Assembly (NCBI GenBank): GCA_002633005.1
Contig: NMRA01000819.1
Location: 31,521 to 95,520, forward strand
Direction of reading: 5' to 3'
DNA from: Phoronis australis
Lineage: Eukaryota > Animalia > Phoronida
DNA: 64,000 bases
Position numbers and translations under genes: made by a program. The number at the start of each line of letters is the position of its first letter. Within the stretch, counting starts at the first letter, position 1. The notes beneath the pieces were generated by a model. It was not told where the DNA came from. It saw only the letters and a list, made by a program, of their open reading frames with translations, and ran no database searches. Below are positions 47,226 through 60,957 of this stretch, in pieces.

Positions 47226-50200
47226 GTCGCAAAAATTTGATGAAGGTTTCTCCATGGAGAAGAGTGTAGCGTATTGTACCATTGGTGAGAAAGTAGCTGT
47301 CAGACACAGATTGAGTATGAGCCTCTGTCACACACTGTATGTGATTGGTTTCCATCAAACTATCCTTGGTCAAAATGTTGTGTGAATCCATCATATCCAC
47401 ATATGCGTCAATGTCTAATTGTAGAAAATGGAATGCACTAAAACGACACAAAGATTTCATAATTTTGGAACAGACAAGACAAAAACGAGAAATAAAATCC
47501 AGATAGTATCACAATAATTAGATATAACTGTTTCTGACAAACGAACTCTGCATTCGGAGAAACGAAATCAGTGTCCGCTATTCGCGACTGGGACACTAAC
47601 AGTCAGGGTAAAAACTTCGGTTCGATTTGGAGTTCGATATTACTCGACGCTAAAGTGGTTAAAAATTAAATGGTGATGCAATAAAAGGCTTTAATTACCA
47701 CTATGAAGTCAGGACTGTCCGCAGACTGGGTAGGCTCCGACTCGGCTTCACTCGCTGAAGACGCCGGTGTGGGAGGATCAAGTCATCCGTACGGTCTCAA
47801 ATACGACAAGTCTGTCGAACTGACGAGGTCTAACTCATTACCTGTTTCACCTATAGCCCGAGTGTCGTATTCAACCCCATCTCCATACCTATCTTCATAA
47901 TACTCATCAAGCTCGCTCTATCAGTCTGCCACTACTATCCCGCGCTATTACTAATGTAATGTCAACTGATCAACGTCTTCTACTGATTACATCACGTGGC
48001 GGGAAACCAAACAATCAATAAATTTTCTTTAAAATTCGAAATTCCTCAATTATTCTCCAATATAAGTATTTGTTTAGTTAAATTTTCTGTTATAAAATTG
48101 TTATACACTGTCTAAAACCTCAATAAGTGTAAACATGCATTGTAGGAACAGTTCAAGATATCGTCTCAAATGGGAAGTACACTTACCTCTGGTAGCTTAC
48201 GGTCTTGTGTTTGCTATCATATTGTCTCATATGGGATACCTCTGGTACCTCACGTTCTTGCGTTTGCTATATTAACAGGCTATGTGGGCTTCTTGGCTAA
48301 TTAATATTCAGTGAAGTAGATATCGGTAGCATTGATACTTGCCTTGTCCAGGTTAGGGTTTTACCACTTCTCATTGTTTTGGGTAGCCTCTTCAAAACAA
48401 GTTCCTACTAGAGACGGCTCCTGATTGGTCATAATGACATCCGGTAAGACACCACTAGAGCCTGATCCATACTGCAGCTTTGCGATGGACACTCATATAA
48501 CTAATCGAAATTAAATTCTGAGGCTCGGGAATTTTGACCCAGTGTTTAAAAATGCATTATCATGACCACCACTGGAATGAAGTTCCAGTCCTAAAAAGCA
48601 CACAAGATCATAGCAATGAGATCCGATTCAAAGTCACGTGGTGCAAGTCACTATCATTTTAATTTTCCCCGTTCCGCAGAAACTACACTATAAAACGCTC
48701 AGTGCACCATACAGAAGACCTAAACGTGTTGAACGAACCGAATTTAGACTATATGGGTGTACAGATGACGCCTTGACTCCCTAGCAACAAGTGAAGAATG
48801 GAGTCACCGACACTTAGCGACACGCTCTGTCCATGCACATCAACTGCATTGCACACAGTTATTACATTCATTTAGAGAAGTTGAGATGTATTTTTGAATA
48901 TCGTGACCACAATTCTCGAGACAGGCGTTACTCAAAGTTCCAGTGGCCCGATGAATTGCACTCAATTCCTCATTTGTGGCAACAGATGATGGAGGTCGAT
49001 GGCTCAACATGTCTCCTTCATCTTAATTGGCACATGGTTCCGTTTGCATTTCACGAGTATGTGTAGTTAAGTTTTACTAAGCTCGAGCTAACAAACGTGT
49101 TTAGTTGACCGAGGAGGCTACTGAGGAACTGGTAACACAGCAAAGCATCAAACTGCTGTTTTAAAACAACCCCCCGCTCTTTGGGATCGACTTGAAACCT
49201 TACTCAGATTTGATATTGTGGGGATTTTTGCGCTCGCGCTACTAACACAAGTTGTGAAATTGGCTTCTTTGTATGCAAACAGAAGTACTGCTCATGACAC
49301 TGATCAACAGATATTTATGGTTTCAGTCGAAATGACACAGATCATTACTGGAGTTGATCTACACAATTAAACGCCATCTTTTTGTAAGGCATATAATTCC
49401 TCAATAACAAAGTAGTGTATACGAGCGCGAAGAGGATCATATTTCATTGATATTGCGTTCGTAAAATGATGCATTAAATTTCATCTAAGTAGGCCCATTC
49501 TAGCCCCCTCTCTCGTCAGTGTGTTGGTATTATGCAGCCATCTGCCGCACCAGGGGGCTGGTTGATCAAATGGCCATCCCTCAGCTCATATTGTAATAGT
49601 CATAAGTTCAATTTGAACGGGTCAGAAGTCGCTATTCAAGTGAAATTCAATAGGTCGTTATAACTGAATGACAGGCAATATATTACCCAATTCCATTTTT
49701 ATTAAATTAGCGATAAGACCTTATGCTATTTTTGTGCTCATATAAGATGGGTGATGTGGTTAATGCGAGTAGTGGAGTGAGTTTCATCATCTGCAATAGA
49801 TACACGTATGAATGAAATGTGCAAACCCACATACAATTCGAGACAAGACATTATTGTATACCTTTCATGTACAGTGTCAGCGACGTACATGTACATATCA
49901 TAAAACTGGAGATTGACGTGAAATATAGCAATAAATACGCCCTACGTTGACCCACCCTAACCAAACAATCGCCAAAGCTAAGTGCAAATATTGAAAAATT
50001 GTTCTCAAATTAATCACACGGCTTACGCTATAACAACCGTGCGGTCCACAACACGTTTACGAAATCAATAATTGGTATTGAAGCCCAGATACGTTTATTC
50101 ATCGACCGTGCAAGCTGGGTTAGCCAAGGAAACAGTGACTTTTAACGGTGAGATCTTTTCAATGCACAAGCATTAGATTGTTAGTTATTCGGTTATCGGG

Positions 50201-52019
50201 CCTCTCAATGATGTCACCGTGTCATCATTTTGGACAACCCATGCACTCAGTGGACGGAGAGGATGACAATCGTTTGTAGTGGACACAGCTAGTGTTATGC
50301 TGTTACTAAGAACGGGTCATTCAATTTGCTAATTTCAGTAAGATAATGTCGTCTAGAATGACATATTTGGCCATAAAAATAACAGGCACTTGTAGTTATA
50401 TATAGAGAGAGTTCTTGTCTGTCTAGGGTCGCAAAATGCCGGGTTCGAGGACGGAATCCACACCTGACATGTGTATATTTGGTTTGACTGTCTTTTCGAC
50501 TACAGAGGGGCTCGCTCAGATGCGCCTCATATAAAGACAAGAGAAAACTCGAGATGTTGTTTTATCATTTATAATCGCAACCAACATGCGCTAATTTGCT
50601 TGCGCTCCACGTTTTAGACGGGCTGTGTACTCAAAGTTCGATTTGTATTTGAATTAGGCTTTTGTGGACCCAGTCGGGTGAATGCAACTGGTTAGCAATT
50701 GAATGTAGACCAACGTAAACATTCTATTCAGCTGCATGCACGATTGCACCATATACATGACAGGATTATGTGAATGGCAACGCGCGGTCAAAGCACTGCG
50801 TTTGTGTAGCATGACACTATAAGTGAGCTAGGGCTCTCGAGATGGATGCTAATCGATTGACAGTGTAAATGCAGTCCACGCATATTGACCGTCTACAAAA
50901 AGGAACCTTATTGGAGGTTTCGTTCATTTTATCAAAATGATAAAGTCTTTTGAAAACTTTAGTTGTATTGCCTCTCTCAGCGCCCTCTATCGGTCATGGA
51001 TTTTAAGGAAGGTTAAAAAACACAAAAGCAAACGAACAAAAAACATGAGTCTAACGAAGCTCTTTTTCACAAGTGACAAACTTGAGAGACGTGAACGTCC
51101 TTTCAAAAATAAGCAACTGGGAGATAATGATTCTTCCCTACATTTTCCTCTTGAACCGTGCAAGTAAAACGATCCCCATCGAATTTCATAAGCGTCTTTT
51201 TCGGATCTTGTTTGTTGTAGAAATCTGTGGTACATCTTTGGGACAGAAAATGCCAATTTTTTAAACTGCTGAATGGTTTCTTCTCTAGTGATTTAATCCC
51301 GTCTACTGTCAATGCGTCACAGGCTATGATGTTAATCTGCGTACACGGTGTTGATGGAACATTATGGAAGTGTTGCACAATGACATTATTTCGTTTATAC
51401 TGATGACACTGAGTCGATTATTTAGATGAGGATACAGGTTGTAATGGTGACATTCATAACAAATACGACGACGAAGATAATGGTGATGAAGACGACGTTT
51501 ATGATGAAGTTTGTGATGGTGACTGTGTGATGACGAAGATAAATTATTATAATAATGATAATAAGTATAATAGCTTACAATTATAACGAGTATGCAATGG
51601 TTATTTTGTGTAAGTCTTTCTTAAGTAACTGTGTTTTACCCTATTAGCAGTACAATTAAGGTCATCGTCTTAAAAACTAATCTTCATTCGTGTACACCCA
51701 CACTCGAATTTTTGTAAACGTGAAACTGCGACACAGTTCGTACGAAAATAAACAATTGTTAGCGTGTGCATTGTACATCTCTGCCGCCTAGGTGGCTATG
51801 AAGGTCGGATGTGTGATGTCGACCATATTGTATTTCTAGTTCTCGGAAAACATGAAATAACATACTTTTTAGTTCACGGTGAATTGCATTCTTCTCAACT
51901 CTATTGTTAGTATCTCGTTTTTGTTGTATACATAACCTAGAGAGGCATTGCACAACACATACATCCGGGACTTGTTCGAATGTTAGGTATAAATATTATT
52001 TACACAATGTAGATTTGCT

Positions 52020-52256
52020 TTTTAGCGAGCTTATATTACAAGACTTTTTAGCGAGATTATATTACAAGACTTTTTAGCGAGATTATATTACAAGACTTTT
52101 TAGCGAGATTATATTACAAGACTTTTAGCGAGATTATATTACAAGACCTTTTAGCGAGATTATATTACAAGACTTTTTAGCGAGATTATATTACAAGACT
52201 TTTTAGCGAGATTATATTACAAGACTTTTTAGCGAGATTATATTACAAGACTTTTT
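52020..52256. repeat. Minisatellite, 26 bp x about 9
   Basis: tttttagcgagattatattacaagac; only about 2 units in the second copy at about 54055-54110. Confidence 0.92.
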
Positions 52257-54359
52257 NTAAGCGTCACCTAGCGGATCAAGAATGTTACAAATTTCTGGCG
52301 TTGGACAATCGTTTGTAGTGGACACAGCGAGTGTTATGCTGTTACTAAGAACGGGTCATTTAATTTGCTGATTTCAGTAAGATAATGTCGTCTAGAATGA
52401 CATATTTGGCCATAAAAATAACAGGCACTTGTAGTTATATATAGAGAGAGTTCTTGGCTGTCTAGGGTCGCAAAATGCCGGGTTCGAGGACGGAATCCAC
52501 ACCTGACATGTGTATATTTGGTTTGTCTTTTCGACTACAGAGGGGCACGCTCAGATGCGCCTCATATAAAGACAAGACAAAACTCGAGATGTTGTTTTAT
52601 CATTTATAATCGCAACCAACATGCGCTAATTTGCTTGCGCTCCACGTTTTAGACGGGCTGTGTACTCAAAGTTCGATTTGTATTTGAATTAGGCTTTTGT
52701 GGACCCAGTCGGGTGAATGCAACTGGTTAGCAATTGAATGTAGACCAACGTAAACATTCTATTCAGCTGCAAGCACGATTGCGCCATATACATGACAGGA
52801 TTATGTGAATGGCAACGCGCGGTCAAAGCACTGTGTTCGTGTAGCATGACACTATAAGTGAGCTAGGGCTCTCGAGATGGATGCTAATCGATTGACAGTG
52901 TAAATGCAGTCCACGCATATTGACCGTCTACAAAAAAGAACCTTATTGGAGGTTTCGTTCATTTTATCAAAATGATAAAGTCTTTCGAAAACTTTAGTTG
53001 TATTGCCTCCCTCAGCGCCCTCTATCGGTCATGGATTTTAAGGAAGGTTAAAAAACACAAAAGCAAACGAACAAAAAACAGGAGTCTAACGAAGCTCTTT
53101 TTCACAAGTGACAAACTTGAGAGACGTGAACGTCCTTTCAAAAATAAGCAACTGGGAGATAATGATTCTTCCCAACATTTTCCTCTTGAACCGTGCAAGT
53201 AAAACGATCCCCATCGAATTTCATAAGCGTCTTTTTCGGATCTTGTTTGTTGTAGAAATCTGTGGTACATCTTTGGGACACAAAATGCCAATTTTTTAAA
53301 CTGCTGAATGGTTTCTTCTCTAGTGCTTTAATCCCGTCTACTGTCAATGCGTCACAGGCTATGATGTTAATCTGCGTACACGGTGTTGATGGAACATGAT
53401 GGAAGTGTTGCACAATGACATTATTTCGTTTATACTGATGACACTGAGTCGATTATTTAGATGAGGATACAGGTTGTAATGGTGACCTTCATAACGAATA
53501 CGACGACGAAGATAATGGTGATGAAGACGACGTTTATGATGAAGTTTGTGATGGTGACTGTGTGATGACGCAGATAAATTATTATAATGATAATAAGTAT
53601 AATAATGATAATAAGTATAATAGCTTACAATTATAACGAGTATGCAATGATTATTTTGTGTAAGTCTTTCTTAAGTAACTGTGTTTTACCCTGTTAGCAG
53701 TACAATTAAGGTCTAATCTTCGTTCGTGTACACCCACACTCGAATTTTTGTAAACGTGAAACTGCGACACAGTTCGTACGAAAATAAACAATTGTTAGCG
53801 TGTGCATTGTGCATCTCTGCCGCCTAGGGGGCGATGAAGGTCGGATGTGTGACGTCGACCATATTGTATTTCTAGTTCTTGGAAAACATGAAATAACATA
53901 CTTTTTAGTTCACGGTGAATTGCATTCTTCTCAGCTCTATTGTTAGTATCTCGTTTTTGTTGTATACATAACCTAGAGAGGTATTGCACAACACATACAT
54001 CCGGGACTTGTTCGAATTTTAGGTATACATATTATTTACACAATGTAGATTTGCTTTTTAGCGAGATTATATTACAAGACTTTTTAGCGAGATTATATTA
54101 CAAGACTTTTTAGATGGCATTAAATACAAATATGTGAACAACGCATATAAACTCAAAACGAAGAATATAATTCGCTTAAAAGCAGAGCTTGTGGAGAAGT
54201 AAAGGGTGTAACCTGTAATGTTTTACCTCCTTTCATCCAAGAAAATTCCTAGTGTAACTTTCGTGGATCTAACTTCATATCTAGACTAAATTATTAAGCG
54301 CCCTGTCGCAAAGAACTTCACTCAACAGTTGAACTTGGCTATTCAGTTGTTGGAGTATT

Positions 54360-54495
54360 GAAAACAACATGAACATTGACCTACTGCATTAAAGTCAATC
54401 AGAATGAAAACAACATGAACTTTGACCTACTGCATTAAAGTCAATCAGAATGAAAGCAACATGAACTTTGACCTACTGCATTAAAGTCCATCAGA
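54360..54495. repeat. Minisatellite, about 47 bp x 3
   Basis: gaaaacaacatgaac(a/t)ttgacctactgcattaaagtcaatcagaat repeated. Confidence 0.85.
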
Positions 54496-57400
54496 TTCAC
54501 CTGTGACATTCACCAGGCAAGCTCAGTCTTTTCTCTGACTCTACAAGCTCAACATTGGTTTTAATGCATTTATTTTCTATTCATCGTTATGTTAAACATG
54601 GCGTTCCATTTCTTTTTATTGGGTTTAATAGATAAACGTTCGAATTGGCCGCAGGCTGATCTCGCGGCAGGCGTCAGTTGATGTAAAATATTAAAACAGA
54701 GAAAAGTGAGATCATCCTAGCGCCAACGAAGGGCGTGTATTAATATGACGTCGTGTTCAACAAAGTTTGACTCAGAGAGATACTCTATTATAACTATCAT
54801 TGGAGTGATGGTCTGAGTATTGATTTGAACTTTTTAATTTACCTTCACAGCACAACAAATCATCTTGTCCAATGCATACATGCAACCCATTTCTAGCTGG
54901 TCACCGTTAACGACCACAGGGTCAACCAGAACTCACGGACATGTACGGAGTTGAAAGTTCATAGGTCAGAATTTGCAAGAAGAAACAAGACAAAATTTGT
55001 GCGCTTGTATTTTTAGTTCTCATAATAAGTTTTTGTTATTGAATAAAAAGCAAGCCCCCCAACGTGGATATATACCTTTGTATATATGTAGTCAGTCAAT
55101 GCAAGCATTATGTTTTTGATGATGTCTCAGCATTATTTTTTAACGTGCATGTATCATCGTTAATAGTTTGNAACAACATGAACATTGACCTACTGCATTA
55201 AAGTCCATTTCTTTTTATTGGGTTTAATAGATAAACGTTCGAATTGGCCGCAGGCTGATCTCGCGGCAGGCGTCAGTTGATGTAAAATATTTAAAACAGA
55301 GAAAAGTGAGATCATCCTAGCGCCAACGAAGGGTGTGTATTAATATGACGTCGTGTTCAGCAAAATTTGACTCAGAGAGATACTCTATTATAACTATCAT
55401 TGGAGTGATGGTCTGAGTATTGATTTGAACTTTTTAATTTACCTTCACAGCACAACAAATCATCTTGTCCAATGCATACATGCAACCCATTTCTAGCTGG
55501 TCACTGTTAACGACCACAGGGTCAACCAGAACTCACGGACATGTACGGAGTTGAAAGTTCATAGGTCAGAATTTGCAAGAAGAAACAAGACAAAATTTGT
55601 GCGCTTGTATTTTTAGTTCTCATAATAAGTTTTTGTTATTGAATAAAAAGCAAGCCCCCCAACATGGATAAATACCTCAGTCAATGCAAGCATTATGTTT
55701 TTGATGATGTCTCAGCATTATTTTTTAACGTGCATGTATCATCGTTAATAGTTTGGTATCGGTCAGTCACGCCTGTTTTGTTAATATTGGCTTTTATCTG
55801 CTTTCAGCGTGAACCGGAGTTTTGTCCGTTCATCCTTAAGGATTTGTTAAATCTAAAATATCTAAATGTCATAAAAGTTATTTATGTTGAATAATTAATA
55901 TGTGACGACCTGTAATGTTAGTGTCATACACGATGACATTTTCTTTTGAGTTAGCAGGAAAGCACTTTATAAAAATGTATTTTGTCTGCACTCGATAACC
56001 AAGTGACAACATAAGCTTTTAATAAAGTATCTCTAGATACTCCTTATCGATAGCGCCATCTATCGTTAGGATGTCATTTCATGACTGGGTAAAAGTCGCC
56101 ATCACAGAGAACGTACTTCTTGTCGTTGAAACTAATAACGAATAGCCTGCATCGAAGTCTACACGACTGTTCTTCCCATTGATGACTCATAGCGTTAATT
56201 TTAGTACTGCTAATTAATGGGGGTTACTTGGTGTGGTTTACAAATTACTAAATTTATAAATTTATTCACATATTCATCAATCTTGTGTTTCTATTGCTAA
56301 AACATAGCAAAGCTCAATCCCAAAAGTACACAGATCAGACATATGTGTAAAACAATAAGTAGACATGGAACAAACCTTAACAGAAATCCTAATATTGTTT
56401 GTTGATGGTTATTCGTTGTCGTGCAACAGAAATTAAATTTGTTGGCAAGTGATCCAGTGAAGTAGGTCTTTGAGTAATAGCAAAGTTGGTAATAGCTTGT
56501 GGTTGGTGTGTTTATGGTCGGTCTATATCACGATGCTGTGAGTCACAAATAGAACACGTTATTCCAGACATAGCCCGCTCGCTTCACTGACCTCAATATA
56601 CAAGAATATCTCGTGTGGATATGTCAGTTGACATGCAGGTGGGCAGTCGTACCCGGCGGTTGATCTGAAAATGGATGCAGTGGATGAAAACGCACATTTA
56701 CCAAATATAAATGCAACATTGCACAAAGACTTGGTGAAATGTATTGTACTCAGATGCACAGGAACCCCAACCTTATCAAGCTTCATTACCTGTTCAGAGA
56801 GCAAACGTTTCCGGCAAAAGTGTAAAACAGTGAATTGTGGGTACATGAGTTGAACACTTACATTTACCAAGAATATCCGACGTCCTGAAAATTGGGTCCA
56901 GTGACATCATTCGAATTGTAATTAATCAACCGTTTGGTTGAACGACGTTGCAATTCACTGACTAGCTCACCGGACAGGTGCACAGCCTTTCTAAATTCGC
57001 CCCATTGCAATGCGCGAGCACTATGCACCAAATCTATAGGCTGTGAAATGAAAATGAAAAATTATCTAAGCAAAAACGTAGTCCCCGGATAGGACTGTGT
57101 GCCCAGAGCTCGTGATTCATGAATGTCTAACAGCATGCGTACATATCCGGGTGTTCGTTGCACCAAGTGTTATGATCTAAATGCGCATCGACACTCTGCA
57201 TTCAGAGAGTGTTGCAAAACAAGTTGTGTTCGTCTGGCTAGCGCTCATCGTTTTATATTGATCAGCTGACTGCGTTTTTATTAAGACGAATAATTGTCGT
57301 ACGATTAGAATAGAGACCAGAAACATGTCACCTGGCGTACTATCATGTCTCTGCTGTTGCGGGGTAAGTTTAATCATGTTTCACGCCATTACTAAGCGAA

Positions 57401-58639
57401 AGTGGAAACAAAGGAATAGCGATCTAATTCAGCTGGATTGGCTTCACTTTTGACCCGCGAAAACGTCACTTACTCATCTACTGACATCGAAGTGTTGTCT
57501 ACTGCGTGGTATAACGTCACGTTGTCTCTCTGTCTCGGTGATACTTATGAAATTTAATTACACTCATCTCATGTAATGGCGTGCCTTTGAAGAGTTTTAG
57601 GTTATCGCAGAGTTTCATCCGAGTATATTGTAAACACCCGCCCCCCACCCTAGTCCCGGCGGCTTCCGTTCTTTCATGGCTGTAGAATATAGAATGTAGC
57701 CTAACATTACACCGACGTAGTCTCCTTTCCAGAAACCTTATCCCGTATAGTTATTGGTGGAAGTGTGTAGAATCTATCTGTTCAGATGTGACCTGAATTA
57801 AGGTGCATAGGACGTTAATTGCGTAACATATTCTCAGTACCTAATACATGCACATACATGCCACTACACTTCCGAGTTTAATCTCAGCTAAAGCTGAATC
57901 CTGAATCAGGAAACCTGACCTACCAAAAGTAGGCCTACATTGCACTGGCCTGAAGCATTGCGAATAACTTGCTCACAACTCGTTGCACAAGGCGATAAGG
58001 CTAGCACCACCAGCCTGTGTTTAAATCACACCTTTCACCAAAAGCAACGTTTGCCCTGGCAGTTCATGCACATGTAGTCCTTGCATTCAATTGTGAACCC
58101 GGGGATGTGAATCGCCAATTAACTACAGTAACGTATATATAGACAATCGGGGCGTCTATATAGTGGCTTACAAATTCATATTTGGCGTTTAAACGATGTC
58201 GGCTTTATTAATTGGTAAAACGAACTAATAAGAATAGTTTCATACTCAAAGGCACACTGCACGGGACCGACTACTAGCAATGCAGTAAAATCTAAGCTGT
58301 TCAACGACACCTATTTTCATTGCGCAAATAACTATTGCAAATTTTGGAATTAACATGAAAAGTCACACTTTTCTGCATAACAAAAACAGTCATGTAAACT
58401 TATTATTCAAATATTAATTTCGATACACAATGTTCGTTTTCACTGCTGCGTCTTAGAGTTCAAGTTAACCTGTTGTCATGACTTGCCAATAACTTGATGT
58501 AACTATTTGTGTATGTATGACGTCATTTGTCGTGTACTTTTCCGAAAACGAGGCTAGTCGAATGTGAGTGCAGAAGTGGGCAGATAAATGACCGGCCTAA
58601 ATTTTCATGTTCAGTTGCCAAATAATTAACACTAGCCGT

Positions 58640-60957
58640 TAGCAGCTAGTGGGAAACGCCGAGGGGAATAGCTACTCCTAAGAGTGAACCGATCGAGTGT
58701 TCATCGCAAGAGACATGAATACTTCTTGAAAAGACCGTGTTCAAAGCTTCAAGCAGAATTTCTGTCACCTGTCAGATTTTAGTAGGCAATTAAGGTGTGC
58801 GGCTGTGGGATTCTTCCTCTAGGCAGTACAAATTTCTTTCCAGAACATTTGACCCTGCCGTAACTCAAAGTACGGTAATCAGATATTCTTCAGTTTAAAG
58901 TGAAAACTAAGAATGTATTTAAAATATTGTATGTAGATGTCAGTGGCGGATTTAGAGGGGGCCCAAGGGGGCCATGGCCCCCTATAAAATTCTCCCAGCT
59001 TCCATTTGGCAGTTCGGGGGTGCGAATGCCTGAAGGGCGAAATTCTGGCTAATATTCTATTTGCTGTGCCCCAACTCAAAATCCTGGATGTATTTACAAA
59101 AGTTGCATCATAAATGTACATACGGAGGTAGAAAGCCAGCTAGCTGTATGAAGACTGTCGTCAACATACAGCTAGGTAGCCGTGTGTAGAACTCCGTTAG
59201 ACACCGAAATTTCACACAAACCCGGGTGCTCAGTTCGTCACCTCGTCGTGAAACTTAGAGCTAACAACCTACACGGGTACATGCAGAATCTGGGAATGAA
59301 TCGACATCCACAGTGCTCGTTACAGCCTTATATAGAAATTAACAAAATCTAATAAACGTTATTTTTTGTAATTCTCCGCCTTTTGTTACAAAGGAAAATC
59401 CTATCTGCCGTCGTTTTGAAAACAGTGCAATCTCGTGATACGCGCAGGCATTTCCCAAAACTTTGCGATATCTCTCGAGAGTATTTCCTGAAATTGTTTT
59501 TTTGGTATTAAAATAGTAAAAACTTGGAACGAAATGAAACCACTTCCGATTGTAGCAGCTAGTGGAAAACGCCGCGAGGGGAAATAGCGCCACCTATACT
59601 AGTGAACCGAGTGNATTTGCCGTGCCCCAACTCAAAATCCTGGATGTATTTACAAAAGTTGCATCATAAATGTACATACTGAGGTAGAAAGCCAGCTAGC
59701 TGTATGAAGACTGTCGTCAACATACAGCTAGGTAGCCGTGTGTAGAGCTCCGTTAGACACCGAAATTTCACACAAACCCGGGTGCTCAGTTCGTCACCTC
59801 GTCGTGAAACTTAGAGCTAGCAACCTACACGGGTACATGTAACAAGGGTACATGCAGGGGTACATGCAGGGGTACATGCAGGGGTACATGCAGGGGTACA
59901 TGCAGGGGTGCATGCAGAATCTGGGAATGAATCGACATCCACAGTGCTCGTTACAGCCTTATATAAAAGTTAACAAAATCTAATAAACGTTATTTTTTGT
60001 AATTCTCCGCCTTTTGTTACAAAGGAAAGTCCTATCTGCCGTCGTTTTGAAAACAGTGCAATCTGGTGACACGCGCAGGCATTTCCCAAAACTTTGCGAT
60101 ACCTCTCGAGAGTATTTCCTGAAATTGTTTTTTTGGTATTAAAATAATAAAAACTTGGAACGAAATGAAACCACTTCCGATTGTAGCAGCTAGTGGAAAA
60201 CGCCGCGAGGAAATAGCGCCACCTATACTAGAGAACCGAGTGTACATCGCAAGAGGGGAAATAGCTACACTTATACTAGTGAACCTAGTGTACATCGCAA
60301 NGAGACAGGAATACTACTTTAAGAGACCATGATCAAAGCTACAAGTAGAATTTATGTCACTGTCATATATTAGTAGGCAAGGTTTGCGGCTGCGGGATTC
60401 TTTCCCCAGGCAGTACAAATTTCACATTTCACCCTGTCGTAACACAAAGTACGGTAATCAGATATCCTTTTAAAGTGAAAAGTAATAATGCATTTAAAAT
60501 ATTGTATAGTATACAAAGTATATAGATGTATTTACAAAAGTTGCATCATAAATGTACATACTGAGGTAGAAAGCCAGCTAGCTTATGAAGACTATCGTCG
60601 ACAGACACTGCAGCTAGGTAGCCGTGTAAAGCTCCATTAAACACCGAAATTTCACACATCCCGGGTGCTCAGCAAGTCACCTCGTCGTGAAAATTAAAGC
60701 TAACAAAATGCAGTGATGCATGCAGCTTCTGGGAATGAACCGACATTCACTTTGCCCGTTACAGCCCGTTCATTTGGTTAAAAAAGCTATTATACGTTAA
60801 GAAAGGGAAATCTGTCGTTTTGAAAACAGTGCATACTCGTGACACGTACGCGCCATTTCCTAAAATTTTGCGATACCTCTCGAGAGTTTGTTCTGAACTT
60901 GGGTTTTCTGTTATAAAAATAGTAAAAACTTTACGAAATGAAACCACTTCCGATTGT
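58640..60957. repeat. Diverged tandem copies of a 0.8-0.9 kb unit, partly haplotype overlap
   Basis: tagcagctagtgg at about 58640, 59552 and 60183; gatgtatttacaaaagttgcatcataaatgtacatac at about 59087, 59643 and 60526. Confidence 0.8.
58941..59088 (+). mobile_element. MITE-like repeat starting CAGTGGCGGAT, right end truncated
   Basis: Same family as 20998-21141; absent from the homologous position at about 60525. Confidence 0.7.
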
